Source: a virus. Taken from it: DNA of 64,000 bases. The DNA lies in the IMG/VR virus record IMGVR_UViG_3300023184_000033, positions 64,001-128,000 of that record; one strand, written 5' to 3'. Made by a program: the position numbers and the translations under genes. Position 1 is the first letter of the stretch; each line of letters begins with the position of its first letter. Below the pieces are notes generated by a model. The model did no database searches. It was not told the DNA's origin and saw only the letters and a list, made by a program, of their open reading frames with translations. This document shows positions 19,478 to 29,600 of the stretch, piece after piece.

Positions 19478-20524
19478 CTATAGAGTATAAGTGATGGTGT
19501 TTATTAAATTGTTAGCAAAATATGTTATATTATATTTACGAGTTCCAATATTTGATATTGCTGAATTAATAGTTTCTTTAAATGATGTTACAAATCCATT
19601 GGAATTATAAGTCATTCCATCAATCGTTATAATACTATCTGTGTAAGACGATAGGTTTGTATTTGCATAAAAAATTATACCATTATTAGAATTGAATGCT
19701 GGTGAGTGAATTGATGATGCAAGACTTGTTGTGACATTGGATATTTTTGTATTTGTTGATACATTTATATCATATAGATTTTGAAATCTTGTATTTGATG
19801 TGTCTGATAAATTTTGAATTCTTGTATTTGATGTGGTCGATATATCAAATAAATTTTGAACTTTTACATTGATTGTATTAGACCAAAATAAGTAATTGTT
19901 TGCGTTTGCTGTTAATACTGTTCCGTCCGCACCAGCCGGCAAAGATATGTAGACACCGTTTGCACCCTGATATTGTATGTCACCAAGATTTGCCGTGACT
20001 ACTGCATTTTTCCAATATACTTGGCCATTTGCGGCAAGAGATAAGAATTGGTTTGCATTTCCTGTTGGTATGGTATCTGTTAAATTTAACCAACCTGGAG
20101 TTCCGTCTCCTGTGATTGCAAGTATTCGGTTAACGTTTCCTACGGGCAATCTTTGTGGTGAAGTATTACCTTGATATTGTATGTCACCTGGTTGGTTTGT
20201 TACAACATTCTTATAATCATCATTAAAAGTTCTCCAAAAATCTGGTGATGTATTTGGTTGTCTATTAATGTTGTTGCTAGATACCGCTATAAAACTTACG
20301 TTATTATATTTAATAGTATCAGATACTACATAGTAGGTGTTAGATGACCATTGATTATTCCATTGGAATCCATTTGAAATTAAAGACCAAGAAGTTAAAT
20401 TGAATGGTGAAATGGCCTTGGATGGTATAACTGCTTGATACAGTTTTCCACCATAAATTACAAAATCACCAGTTTTGTAAGATGTTGTGACGGAATATGG
20501 ACCAGTGAAAGAAGTATTTAACAT
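19478..20524 (-). CDS. Putative fibre/virion protein with carbohydrate-binding-like repeats
   Basis: Y..GD.V.Y.G..Y.A...W repeats and GDIQYQG..RLP.G motifs; C-terminus paralogous to 26613..30164. Confidence 0.6.
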   Translation of the reverse strand: MLNTSFTGPYSVTTSYKTGDFVIYGGKLYQAVIPSKAISPFNLTSWSLISNGFQWNNQWSSNTYYVVSDTIKYNNVSFIAVSSNNINRQPNTSPDFWRTFNDDYKNVVTNQPGDIQYQGNTSPQRLPVGNVNRILAITGDGTPGWLNLTDTIPTGNANQFLSLAANGQVYWKNAVVTANLGDIQYQGANGVYISLPAGADGTVLTANANNYLFWSNTINVKVQNLFDISTTSNTRIQNLSDTSNTRFQNLYDINVSTNTKISNVTTSLASSIHSPAFNSNNGIIFYANTNLSSYTDSIITIDGMTYNSNGFVTSFKETINSAISNIGTRKYNITYFANNLINTITYTL

Positions 20525-20550
20525 TTTTTAGGAGTACTTTGACATACTCA

Positions 20551-20558
20551 TATTTATC
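20551..20558 (-). promoter_or_regulatory. Late promoter variant GATAAATA
   Basis: Intergenic; upstream of the 19478..20524-hemO-pcyX block. Confidence 0.5.
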
Positions 20559-20584
20559 TAATCACCGCCACAACAAATTTAAAT

Positions 20585-22402
20585 TTATTCAGATGAGAAT
20601 TTAATTACATTTTTGTTTTTAACGGTAATTAGTTTGTTGTATTCTGGTAAATATAGATATTCTATTTGACTCTTTGATAGAGTATCAATAGCATCATCGA
20701 GTGTTTCCACTAAAGGATCACCACCTAAATTAAAACTGGTGTTGAAAACAATTGGTACTCCAGTACGGTTTTTAAACTCTGAAATTAATCTGTGATAAAG
20801 AGGATTATCTTCTTTTGTAACCGTCTGAATTCTGCAAGTGTGGTCAACGTGAATAATGGAAGGTATCTTTTCTTCTACACCAGGTTGACAGTTCACAGCA
20901 TACATCATGTGTGGAGAACTCTCCATACCACGCAAATCAAACCATTCATGCACATCTTCTTGTAGAATTGATCCAGCAAAAGGTCTAAAGTATTCTCGGT
21001 GTTTTACACTGTTAACAAAGTCTTTACCATCTTCAAATGTAGGATCAAAAAGTATACTACGATTTCCTAAAGCCCTAGGACCATTTTCACTACGACCTTG
21101 GAATATAGCAACAATATTTTTATTGACCATCAATTCAACGATATCAGCATCTGTAGCATCTTTGATTTCGGCTTGATTGTTGTAAATAATTTCAGACAAT
21201 TCTTCTGGTGTATAATTGTAAACTGGTCCAAGATATACGTCAGATTTACGTTTCATCATAGATTGTTCGGCCGAATGGTAGAACAATAATGCCACACCAA
21301 TTGCTGTTCCACCATCATTTGAAATCGGTTCAACATATAAATTAATACCTAATTCTTTTAATTTTGTCAAATAGTGGTAATTAGCAACACAGTTTAGTCC
21401 ATAACCACCACTCAAAACAATGTTTTTCTTACCTGTTTTTTCACTGGCTCGAATAATTAGATTCAATACTTGTTCTTGAGTTTGTGTTTGAACTGCATAG
21501 GCCAAATCTCTACGATTCTGTAATTTTGTAATGTCATCTTCTTCACCTATATCTTGCAACTCTTGTATCATACCAGCATTGATAAAAGCAGAACCTGGAT
21601 ATGTTGGTGTGATAAAGTTTCTATCAGATAATGTGTATTCACTAGATCCATTTACATTACTGAATAATTTTGGTATATTGGTATTTTCTTTACCATAAGG
21701 AAAAAGTCCCATTGTTTTTCCCGCTTCAATGCCGGAGAAACCACAAAACTCGGTTGCTGCCTCATATGTTTTTGTGATGCCAGCTCTATCCGAAAATATT
21801 GCTTCATATGTTCCTTCTTCATTCAGATACTGTGCATCAATATTTTGTTTCGAAAATGGTATACCATCTTTGTTACCATAGTGTTTATAAACAGTTTTGA
21901 AGTTTGCTGGATAAGAACATTCTAAGATTGTTTCTACTTCCCAAAAATAGATAGGTTGTCCTCTGCTTTCGGCAACCATGCAAGAACCAGCACCGTCAAC
22001 AATCAATGCTGCTGCATCATCAAAACCGGAACGATAAAATGCACAAGCAGCATGAATTTTATGGTGTTGATGACTTAAATCAATCACCTGTGGATGGTTG
22101 TACAAGTCTGCTTTTCTATCAATCAGACCTATTTTTCTTGCCAAACCGGTATACACATTATCACCTGTGAAGTCTACTGTACCGGCAGTTTCTTTTAATG
22201 GTTGTGTATGTGATACTACAATGTAATCAACTTTATTTGTATATTCTTTTACTTTCAATATACCAGCATATGGTCCACCATCGTATTTGTGTCGGCTTAA
22301 TCTTTCTTCTTCAAGACTAAAAACTATTTCACCATCTTTAAGTAAGCAAACACCTGCATTGTGACCACGACTAATTCCTAAAATATAACCAGTTTTATTC
22401 AT
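20585..22402 (-). CDS. Carbamoyltransferase, NodU/CmcH/TobZ family
   Basis: EEERLSR.K, HH..HA, GKTMGL.PYG, SGGYGLNCVAN, GPRALGNRSI, KHREYFRPFA and NTSFN. Confidence 0.93.
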   Translation of the reverse strand: MNKTGYILGISRGHNAGVCLLKDGEIVFSLEEERLSRHKYDGGPYAGILKVKEYTNKVDYIVVSHTQPLKETAGTVDFTGDNVYTGLARKIGLIDRKADLYNHPQVIDLSHQHHKIHAACAFYRSGFDDAAALIVDGAGSCMVAESRGQPIYFWEVETILECSYPANFKTVYKHYGNKDGIPFSKQNIDAQYLNEEGTYEAIFSDRAGITKTYEAATEFCGFSGIEAGKTMGLFPYGKENTNIPKLFSNVNGSSEYTLSDRNFITPTYPGSAFINAGMIQELQDIGEEDDITKLQNRRDLAYAVQTQTQEQVLNLIIRASEKTGKKNIVLSGGYGLNCVANYHYLTKLKELGINLYVEPISNDGGTAIGVALLFYHSAEQSMMKRKSDVYLGPVYNYTPEELSEIIYNNQAEIKDATDADIVELMVNKNIVAIFQGRSENGPRALGNRSILFDPTFEDGKDFVNSVKHREYFRPFAGSILQEDVHEWFDLRGMESSPHMMYAVNCQPGVEEKIPSIIHVDHTCRIQTVTKEDNPLYHRLISEFKNRTGVPIVFNTSFNLGGDPLVETLDDAIDTLSKSQIEYLYLPEYNKLITVKNKNVIKFSSE

Positions 22403-22405
22403 AAT

Positions 22406-23473
22406 TTATACTTTCTTACTTTCTAAAGAGTTTGCGATAATCGATTTTGAAAATGGCAGATCATTTGATACTTGAACTGGTGGGCAACAAGAATTTGTTG
22501 TTTCGGGAATTGTAGGACTATATGTGGAATTTTTCTGTGTAGATTTTCCTAATTTGTCTGTAATGCTTTTAATAATTCTTTTAAAACTATCTTCACTCAA
22601 TACCATTAATTCTTCATTTGATCGTTCAATGAAGTAGTCCATAGAAATGCGGATTGGAGAATATGTTCTCTTACCTTTACCACCGTCAATAATGGTAAAA
22701 TCTTTATTGTTTGGATAACTAATGTTTTCTGGAAATGTGGCACCGATTACAACCGTAGCTGGTTTTTTGAGTGCGTTAGCAAAGTGTTGGCCAACAGAAT
22801 CACATCCTAAGAAATAATCTGAAGCTTTAATGATTGCCATCCATTGCAATAAATTAATATTTTCAGGCAGAGCAACCGATAATTGTTTGTTTCCTGGTGG
22901 TGGAGGTATCTTTAAATCGGTCATCAAAATCACGGCATAATGTTTTCCTAATTCTTCAATAATTTTCATTACATCGGATAGTTCAAAACTTCTACCAGTT
23001 TCATCGATGATAAAATTACCTTGCATTTTGGCACCAGAACCAAAAGGCTGAAACACCACCACTTTTTGTTTCTTTAAGTTAGTTTTAATTTCATTGGTAA
23101 AATTGTAACCGAATACTTGGTCACCTTTGCCAATATTTAAATTAAATTCTTTACTTTTTGGAATCTCATCGGTTGTTTCATTAATCAACATATCGAATGC
23201 TTGAATCAGATTTACTTTCTGATTGAAATAAGCATTTAACCGGTAAGGTTCAGGAGAAATAATTTCTCTGTCAAGGAGTTTATCCTCAAAAATATTTTTG
23301 TGGTTCATTGGATACACATTGTTTGCCAAGCTTGGACTGGTTAAGAATAACTCCATCCAAGCTTCTGCAACAATTATTGCCGTGGGATCCACATTTTTTA
23401 CATAGTGTTCTAATGCTGGTATTGCACAAAAAACTCGACCCGAACCACCATTTAGAAAAAACGCTTTCTTCAT
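22406..23473 (-). CDS. GT9-like (heptosyltransferase-fold) glycosyltransferase
   Basis: N-terminal GG.G....AIPAL; IK.SDYFLGCDSVGQH.A.AL.KP..V matches the GT9 DS..H motif. Confidence 0.7.
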   Translation of the reverse strand: MKKAFFLNGGSGRVFCAIPALEHYVKNVDPTAIIVAEAWMELFLTSPSLANNVYPMNHKNIFEDKLLDREIISPEPYRLNAYFNQKVNLIQAFDMLINETTDEIPKSKEFNLNIGKGDQVFGYNFTNEIKTNLKKQKVVVFQPFGSGAKMQGNFIIDETGRSFELSDVMKIIEELGKHYAVILMTDLKIPPPPGNKQLSVALPENINLLQWMAIIKASDYFLGCDSVGQHFANALKKPATVVIGATFPENISYPNNKDFTIIDGGKGKRTYSPIRISMDYFIERSNEELMVLSEDSFKRIIKSITDKLGKSTQKNSTYSPTIPETTNSCCPPVQVSNDLPFSKSIIANSLESKKV

Positions 23474-23504
23474 AATATCTCCATTTTATAAAGCTAAAAA
23501 ATCA

Positions 23505-23533
23505 ATTATAACATACTACACATATATAGTCAA
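23505..23533 (-). promoter_or_regulatory. Near-consensus sigma70 promoter for the GT9-carbamoyltransferase pair
   Basis: TTGACT(23533-23528)-17 nt-TATAAT(23510-23505) with extended TGn; GGAG RBS downstream. Confidence 0.75.
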
Positions 23534-23548
23534 TGAATAAAACTCAAT

Positions 23549-24760
23549 TTAGAACCAAGTCACGCACACTTGACCTGCACGACCAAGGTCACCACCACAA
23601 CAACCAGAATTTGGATCACAAATGGCTGTACAACCACCAAACATTATAGCAGCTGTTCCGCCGGCACCAGGTATTCTGCGGTAACCGGTATAACAATTAT
23701 TACAACACATGCCACCAAGGGTGCTGCCTTGCATACAGAGTACGCAGATAGAAGCAGCTTCGTATCCGTAGGTTGCTGGAGCTCGAGTATGGCCATAAAA
23801 GTTTGTATCGAAACACCAACATGCATTTAATCCTGGTATACCAACAACTTGTGCTCCATACGAAAAACACATATTTTTTAACGATGAATATACAGAACCA
23901 GTGTAACTTCCATAGAAGTTTGTGATTGTACTTCTACTATATGGTATGATTCCACATGAAGAACAGCTGTTGGAGAAGCAAAAATCTGCTGACCCGTTGC
24001 AAATACATGCACCGGAAGTAAAACAATCTGCCGATGACCATCTGCAACAACCGGTGCTCCAAGCATACATATCTTGATCGTAATACAAGGTGCACCAATG
24101 TGCTTTTGCACACGCACCTTCAGCACAGAAATTGGATAAACCATATCCTGTTACATATGACGCACAACTTCTACCTCCTTGTGCCGCCCATAAACAAACG
24201 TTTTGGTTTCTATTGCCAGCACATAAGTTATATGTACATCCAGGAATGACAGGAATTATTACTGAAGCATAAGCTCCAGACGTTCCCCAATCCGCACCAC
24301 CACAACAACAACCCTGGCCAGTTTTTCCGCCCGCACCCCAAATTTGAAACCTAGCAAATGTTGTACCAGCAGGAACAACCCAAGCGCAAGCTGCATCACA
24401 AGTGTAACAGCCGTTTCCTCGGACGGTAAGACCAGAATATTCAATTCCTGTTACCGGATTAGTACCGGCTGAACTTGTGTCTGGCGATCCAGGCATCCTT
24501 GGAATTGAAGATGCCCAGTTTGAATAACACCAAGGCAAATTCTCAGAATCACTGCACCATTGGCCACATTTTTGTGAACAAACATAGAGTGCTGAATTCG
24601 TGGCCCAAGCCGTAGCGTCATTTGCTGAACCGGCCGCCGCAATTCCGGCAGTGTTGCCAGCAGCTGCACCAGCAACGTTCGCAGCAGTATTTGCGCCGCC
24701 TTGTATACAAACAGTAGCATCAGATATAGCACGTACTGCTGAATATTTTAAAATGTCCAT
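23549..24760 (-). CDS. Cys/Gly-rich putative virion protein (paralog A)
   Basis: About 39 Cys in 403 aa; W.VPAG.TFARF.IWGAG glycine-rich-domain motif; C-terminal GQVCVTWF. Confidence 0.75.
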   Translation of the reverse strand: MDILKYSAVRAISDATVCIQGGANTAANVAGAAAGNTAGIAAAGSANDATAWATNSALYVCSQKCGQWCSDSENLPWCYSNWASSIPRMPGSPDTSSAGTNPVTGIEYSGLTVRGNGCYTCDAACAWVVPAGTTFARFQIWGAGGKTGQGCCCGGADWGTSGAYASVIIPVIPGCTYNLCAGNRNQNVCLWAAQGGRSCASYVTGYGLSNFCAEGACAKAHWCTLYYDQDMYAWSTGCCRWSSADCFTSGACICNGSADFCFSNSCSSCGIIPYSRSTITNFYGSYTGSVYSSLKNMCFSYGAQVVGIPGLNACWCFDTNFYGHTRAPATYGYEAASICVLCMQGSTLGGMCCNNCYTGYRRIPGAGGTAAIMFGGCTAICDPNSGCCGGDLGRAGQVCVTWF

Positions 24761-24778
24761 AAGACTAACCTTTTTTTA

Positions 24779-25417
24779 TTATGGTAATACATCAAAAGCA
24801 AGAATCAAATCTTGTGGAATAGCCGGTACTTCTGAAAGTTTTGGTACAGCAATAATTTTCCAAGAAGGTATACTTCCTTTGCCTGTTGTTTCAAACGTAT
24901 CGAGTGTTTGTAAATATGTATTTGCGATTTGCATTAAATCTGTATTACTGGAAATTGTAGAAATATGTGCGTTCACATAATCTCTATTTCTTTGAGCCAT
25001 ATCATTTAGTCGGCCTTTTGGATTTCTTGTTATGAATGTCCATTTCCATGTGTCGGTTTGCAAATCATAATTTATATGGTACATGTCACGTAACGTTGGA
25101 TTCGTTATTTGTTCATAAGTTGTTCCATCAACTAAAGTTTCTGTTGCAAAAATCCTATCGGGAGTAGTTGTATTTGTTACATAATACGCAACATCAGGAT
25201 TTATTCTGGCATTAATTATTACTTGTTTACTAATATCTGGATTATAATTGAAATTTAAGTCCTCATGCACATCTTGTATTCCACCTTCAGGAATATCAAC
25301 GGCAACATATAGTAAAGTGTTTCCACTATAAACATAAGATTGTGTGTTTCCATTTGTGAATGAATCGATATACAATTCATTAGGAACCGGTTTTGTAAAA
25401 TTAACTTGAATATCCAT
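24779..25417 (-). CDS. Hypothetical protein, possible assembly partner of the Cys-rich proteins
   Basis: 212-aa Cys-free ORF between the two paralogs, with its own late promoter. Confidence 0.7.
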   Translation of the reverse strand: MDIQVNFTKPVPNELYIDSFTNGNTQSYVYSGNTLLYVAVDIPEGGIQDVHEDLNFNYNPDISKQVIINARINPDVAYYVTNTTTPDRIFATETLVDGTTYEQITNPTLRDMYHINYDLQTDTWKWTFITRNPKGRLNDMAQRNRDYVNAHISTISSNTDLMQIANTYLQTLDTFETTGKGSIPSWKIIAVPKLSEVPAIPQDLILAFDVLP

Positions 25418-25439
25418 TTAAAGTCCTTTTATTAACTAT

Positions 25440-25447
25440 TATTTATA
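25440..25447 (-). promoter_or_regulatory. T4 late promoter TATAAATA
   Basis: Exact consensus in the intergenic gap upstream of 24779..25417. Confidence 0.7.
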
Positions 25448-25455
25448 ATGTTTTA

Positions 25456-26601
25456 TCAGATCCATGTAACACAAACAGCGCCACCGGCACCAGGGAGTCC
25501 GGAAGACATGTTGCCAGCGCAAACGTTTCCGCCTATACCACCTCTACTAGGAAATTGGTAAGTTCCGGATGAATAAGGTGAACATCCACCCATAGTTGTA
25601 AACAGGTAACAGCTGGAGCAAGTGGTTGTAGTTATATCAACAATTGGTGGGGAAACAAAAAATCTATATACGTCCCATGTTGATCCCACTGAAGTTTTGT
25701 TGAACATTCCTGGAGCGCCAATAACATAATGACAAGATTTAGTTGCTATACCAGGATTTAGTGAACCGTAAGCAATTCGGCAAGACGTAGAATATGGCAA
25801 CTGGTCATGACCAGTACACTGATTATTCCAGCAAAAACCGCCCCAGTTGCACATACAATATCCATAAGCGGTACCTCTACAAACTTTGCTAAAACCACCT
25901 CCGTTATTTTGAAGTACACAATATCCATTGATACCGCCGGGGGCAGCTCCACCAACTCTGGCTAACCAACACGCTGGACTTGGTTCACCACCATCAGCAC
26001 AGAAATTGGTTAAACCATATCCCGTTACAAATGACGCACACCCTTGGCCAGTATTGTAATTACCTTGTGTACAATAATAACAACAACATTCAGCACAACC
26101 AGCACAAAGAGTATATACGCATCCAGGAACAACAGGCATTATTACTGAACCATAAGCTCCAGAACCACCAAACATTGTAATTCCACAACAGACGTTACCT
26201 TTTGAAGCAGCGCCTGCACCCCAAACTCGGAACCTAGCAAATGTTGCACCAGCTGGAACAGTCCACGCACAACATATACCACATCGACCTTCAACTGTAT
26301 CAAAAACCGTAAGAGCTCCTGTAGGACTAGGTAGTGTTGGAATATTAGCCCAAGTATCATTACACCAAGGCCTTGTCCACAAAGAACAACCAGCCAAGTA
26401 TCCAAAATTAGATGCTTTTTCTGCTTGTTTTAATGATCCAACAAATGCTGCGGCGATGCCATTATCAAAACCAGTAGTATATGCACAAGTATATGCAGCC
26501 GGATACAACGTGTTGGTTGCATAAGTCTGTGCAACATTTAAAGCCGGAGCTAAAGCATTATAATCGGCCGCCAGTTTATTATATTCTAAAACATCTAACA
26601 T
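25456..26601 (-). CDS. Cys/Gly-rich putative virion protein (paralog B)
   Basis: About 31 Cys in 381 aa; same W.VPAG.TFARF.VWGAG, CASFVTGYGL.NFCA and VCVTW motifs as paralog A. Confidence 0.75.
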   Translation of the reverse strand: MLDVLEYNKLAADYNALAPALNVAQTYATNTLYPAAYTCAYTTGFDNGIAAAFVGSLKQAEKASNFGYLAGCSLWTRPWCNDTWANIPTLPSPTGALTVFDTVEGRCGICCAWTVPAGATFARFRVWGAGAASKGNVCCGITMFGGSGAYGSVIMPVVPGCVYTLCAGCAECCCYYCTQGNYNTGQGCASFVTGYGLTNFCADGGEPSPACWLARVGGAAPGGINGYCVLQNNGGGFSKVCRGTAYGYCMCNWGGFCWNNQCTGHDQLPYSTSCRIAYGSLNPGIATKSCHYVIGAPGMFNKTSVGSTWDVYRFFVSPPIVDITTTTCSSCYLFTTMGGCSPYSSGTYQFPSRGGIGGNVCAGNMSSGLPGAGGAVCVTWI

Positions 26602-26612
26602 TTTTTATCCTT

Positions 26613-29600
26613 TTATACTACTGTCCGTGTGATGGTGTTTATAATATTATTTGCATAATATGCTATAGTATATCTATAATTTGTGCCGCCACCACCAATT
26701 GCTGTGTTTACTTTTTGGTTGAAGTTCGTTACAAAACCATTTGCATTGAATACTGTGTTTGACACTTCAATAGTACTATCTTTGTAGAAAGCAATATTGG
26801 TATTAGCATAATATATAGTATTTGCCGAATTATATGTTGCATCATAAATGGCATCTGAAACTCTAACTTGTGATATAGAAGTGTTAGTGGATGTTGCAAA
26901 TGATGCTAAATTAGCGGTGACACTACTTATTGCACTATCAACATATGATTTAACCGCAGCCTGTGTTGGCACTTTTACGTTTGAGTTTTGTGAGAATGTG
27001 GAGTCAGTAGAGAACTCATTAATCTGAGCACCAATCTGAGCACCAATAGAACCAAGTCTCAATGATGACAATCCAGACAAGTTGAAAGCAGAAGCATTCA
27101 ATGTTGCAGAACCAGTCGCCTGATTAACAGCAAAATAAGGACCAACTGAGAAGTTACCGCCTTGGTCAGTTGTCACATAGTACACACGACCAGGATAGTT
27201 TTGAATTGTCTGATTGGATGGTATATTTTGTGTAACAGAAGTATTTGGATAATTTGTATTTGCTATGCCACCAGTACCAATTGACAAGAAATCGTGGCCA
27301 GTTAAACGAATGTTACTAAAGTTTTGACGGATAATAACCTGTTGGCCATCGAAAGCTGGATTACTTGCAGGTTTTGCACTTGCTAGTGTTACGATTGCAG
27401 TATTTGCATTGCTACTCCAGTTAGAAACGGATGCAACAACATATGAATAAGGATCATAACCAGTATTTGCGGCGCCAGTTGTAAACTGAAAACTGCATCC
27501 AGGTAAGATATTTGTATTAGCTGATAGATTATTAATTGTTACAATAATACCATTTTGACCAGTTATTGCACTAGCCGTTTGCGTGTTTGCATAAAAACCT
27601 GTTGGTGTCGTAAATGTTGCATCAGTATATTCAACAAGTCTTTCATTATTTGCAAAAGTATTTGCATTTTGACCAGTATACTGAAAGTATACTTGTTGAT
27701 TCGTTGTTTGAAATGTTAGAACCAAAGCTCTTGCATTTGATGTTACACCCAACATGTAGTTGTTAGATGTGAAAATTGAACCAGATGGATATACTGTGTT
27801 TGCAACGTATTGAATCATACTACCATAAACGTTGGCAGTGATTGGATTTTCACTCAGTAAATAACCAGTTGCAACAGCACCAAATGTTCCGTAAGAGTTG
27901 TTGCCGTTCAATGCACGAATAACACCGCCATTGTTTGCAACATAACCAAAGTAACAGAAGTATGTGAAACAAGAAACAATCTCAGCCCGACCACCGTTAG
28001 TTACATAGTAACCAACACCATTATCACCAAGAATGGTGAATGAGTGGAACAACATCGATTTGTTACCAGATGTATGAACTGCACCATCAATCATCGCAGC
28101 AATACCACCAGTTGAAATGGCGGTCATGTCATTGATGTATGGAGATTTATTGATAATTGGACTTGCAGGATTCAAACGTAAGAATACACCACCAATCGTG
28201 TGTGTATTAATATCTGAACCAGCTTGATATGCTGTGTTTGCAGAAATCGCCAGATTTGGTATATAACCAGTCATACCTCTTAATGTCATACGACCCATGC
28301 CGGTTGAGTCGCTCAGGAAGAACATCGTACTATTTGCATTTGGAGTCAAACCATCTGAGGATAATCCGGCTGCAGGTTCAATAATTGTTGTACGTGTTGT
28401 GTCACCGAATATTGAACATCCTGGCGGCAATGTAATTGGCAATTTCTCCTTATATACACCACCTCTTAACATAATCGTTGCAAGATTTTGACCTGGTGAG
28501 TTTGCTGCATCAAGTCTTTGTGTTGCATATTGAATTGATTGCCAAGGTCTTTGAGCACTTACACCGTGATATGGATTATCTATACCCGAATCAACGCAAA
28601 CATAATAAACGTTTGCATCTGGTGCTGGATTTTCCCATTGTGGAAGACCAGTATTTGAAACAACTAAAATTTGTCCGTTAGCACCGACCGGCAATCTTGC
28701 CATACCACCAGATGTTTGTATTAACAAGTCACCTGGAGATGTTAATGTACCCTCTAAAGAACCTTGTGCAAGAACTGACCAGTATGCACCATTATTAGCA
28801 GGCACAATATTTGTGTTATTGATTGTTGCATTTACATAAGTTGTATTTGCATAGAATACTGATTCACCAAGTTGATAGGTTGTTGCATTACTCCACGTAC
28901 CTCTACTCCGTATACCTTCAGAATATACTGCCCATTGTGTTGTATTTGAAGTAGTTGGTGAGATATTCGTAGAAGATGTTAACGCAATGTATGTATTACC
29001 ACCAAATCTTGATAAGTCACCAGCATTATACTGTTGGCCTGGATTATAGTAATTTGTGTAATTCGTGCCTGTATTATGTGTAACCCATTGAGCAGAATTT
29101 GATAGGGTTGGCGTAATATTTGCGGATGTTATTAGTGCAATATATGTATTACCACCAAATCTAACAACGTCACCAGCATTATACTGTTGACCATTAACAT
29201 ACATGTCTCTAAAATTGCTACCTGTATTGTATGTAGTCCATTGAGTAGAATTTGCTACGGTAGGTGTAATATTTGCGGATGATATTAGTGCAACGTATGT
29301 ATTACCACCAAATCTAACAACGTCACCAGAATCATATTGTTGACCATTAACATATGTATTTCTAAAATTGCTACCTGTTGTTAATGTTATCCAGCTGTTT
29401 GAATTTGCAACAGTTGGCATAATAGCTACAGTTTCAGTTTGAGCAATGTATGTATTACCACCAAATCTAACAACATCACCTTTAACATAATTTGTATTCG
29501 CAACGTAAGTACCCAAATATTGTGTACCTTTACTTACTAGGTCCCAATTTGATGCCAGTGACGGCAAAACGCCTGTAGATTCTAATTTGTTGACGTAAGT

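Noticed and set aside
24121-26260. Diversity-generating retroelement (TR/VR pair)
   Set aside because: Mismatches are not consistently at adenines of one copy, both copies are coding, and no reverse transcriptase is in the window.
28990-29485. CRISPR-like array
   Set aside because: The period is an in-frame 153 bp, the inter-anchor sequences resemble each other and are coding, and there are no cas genes.
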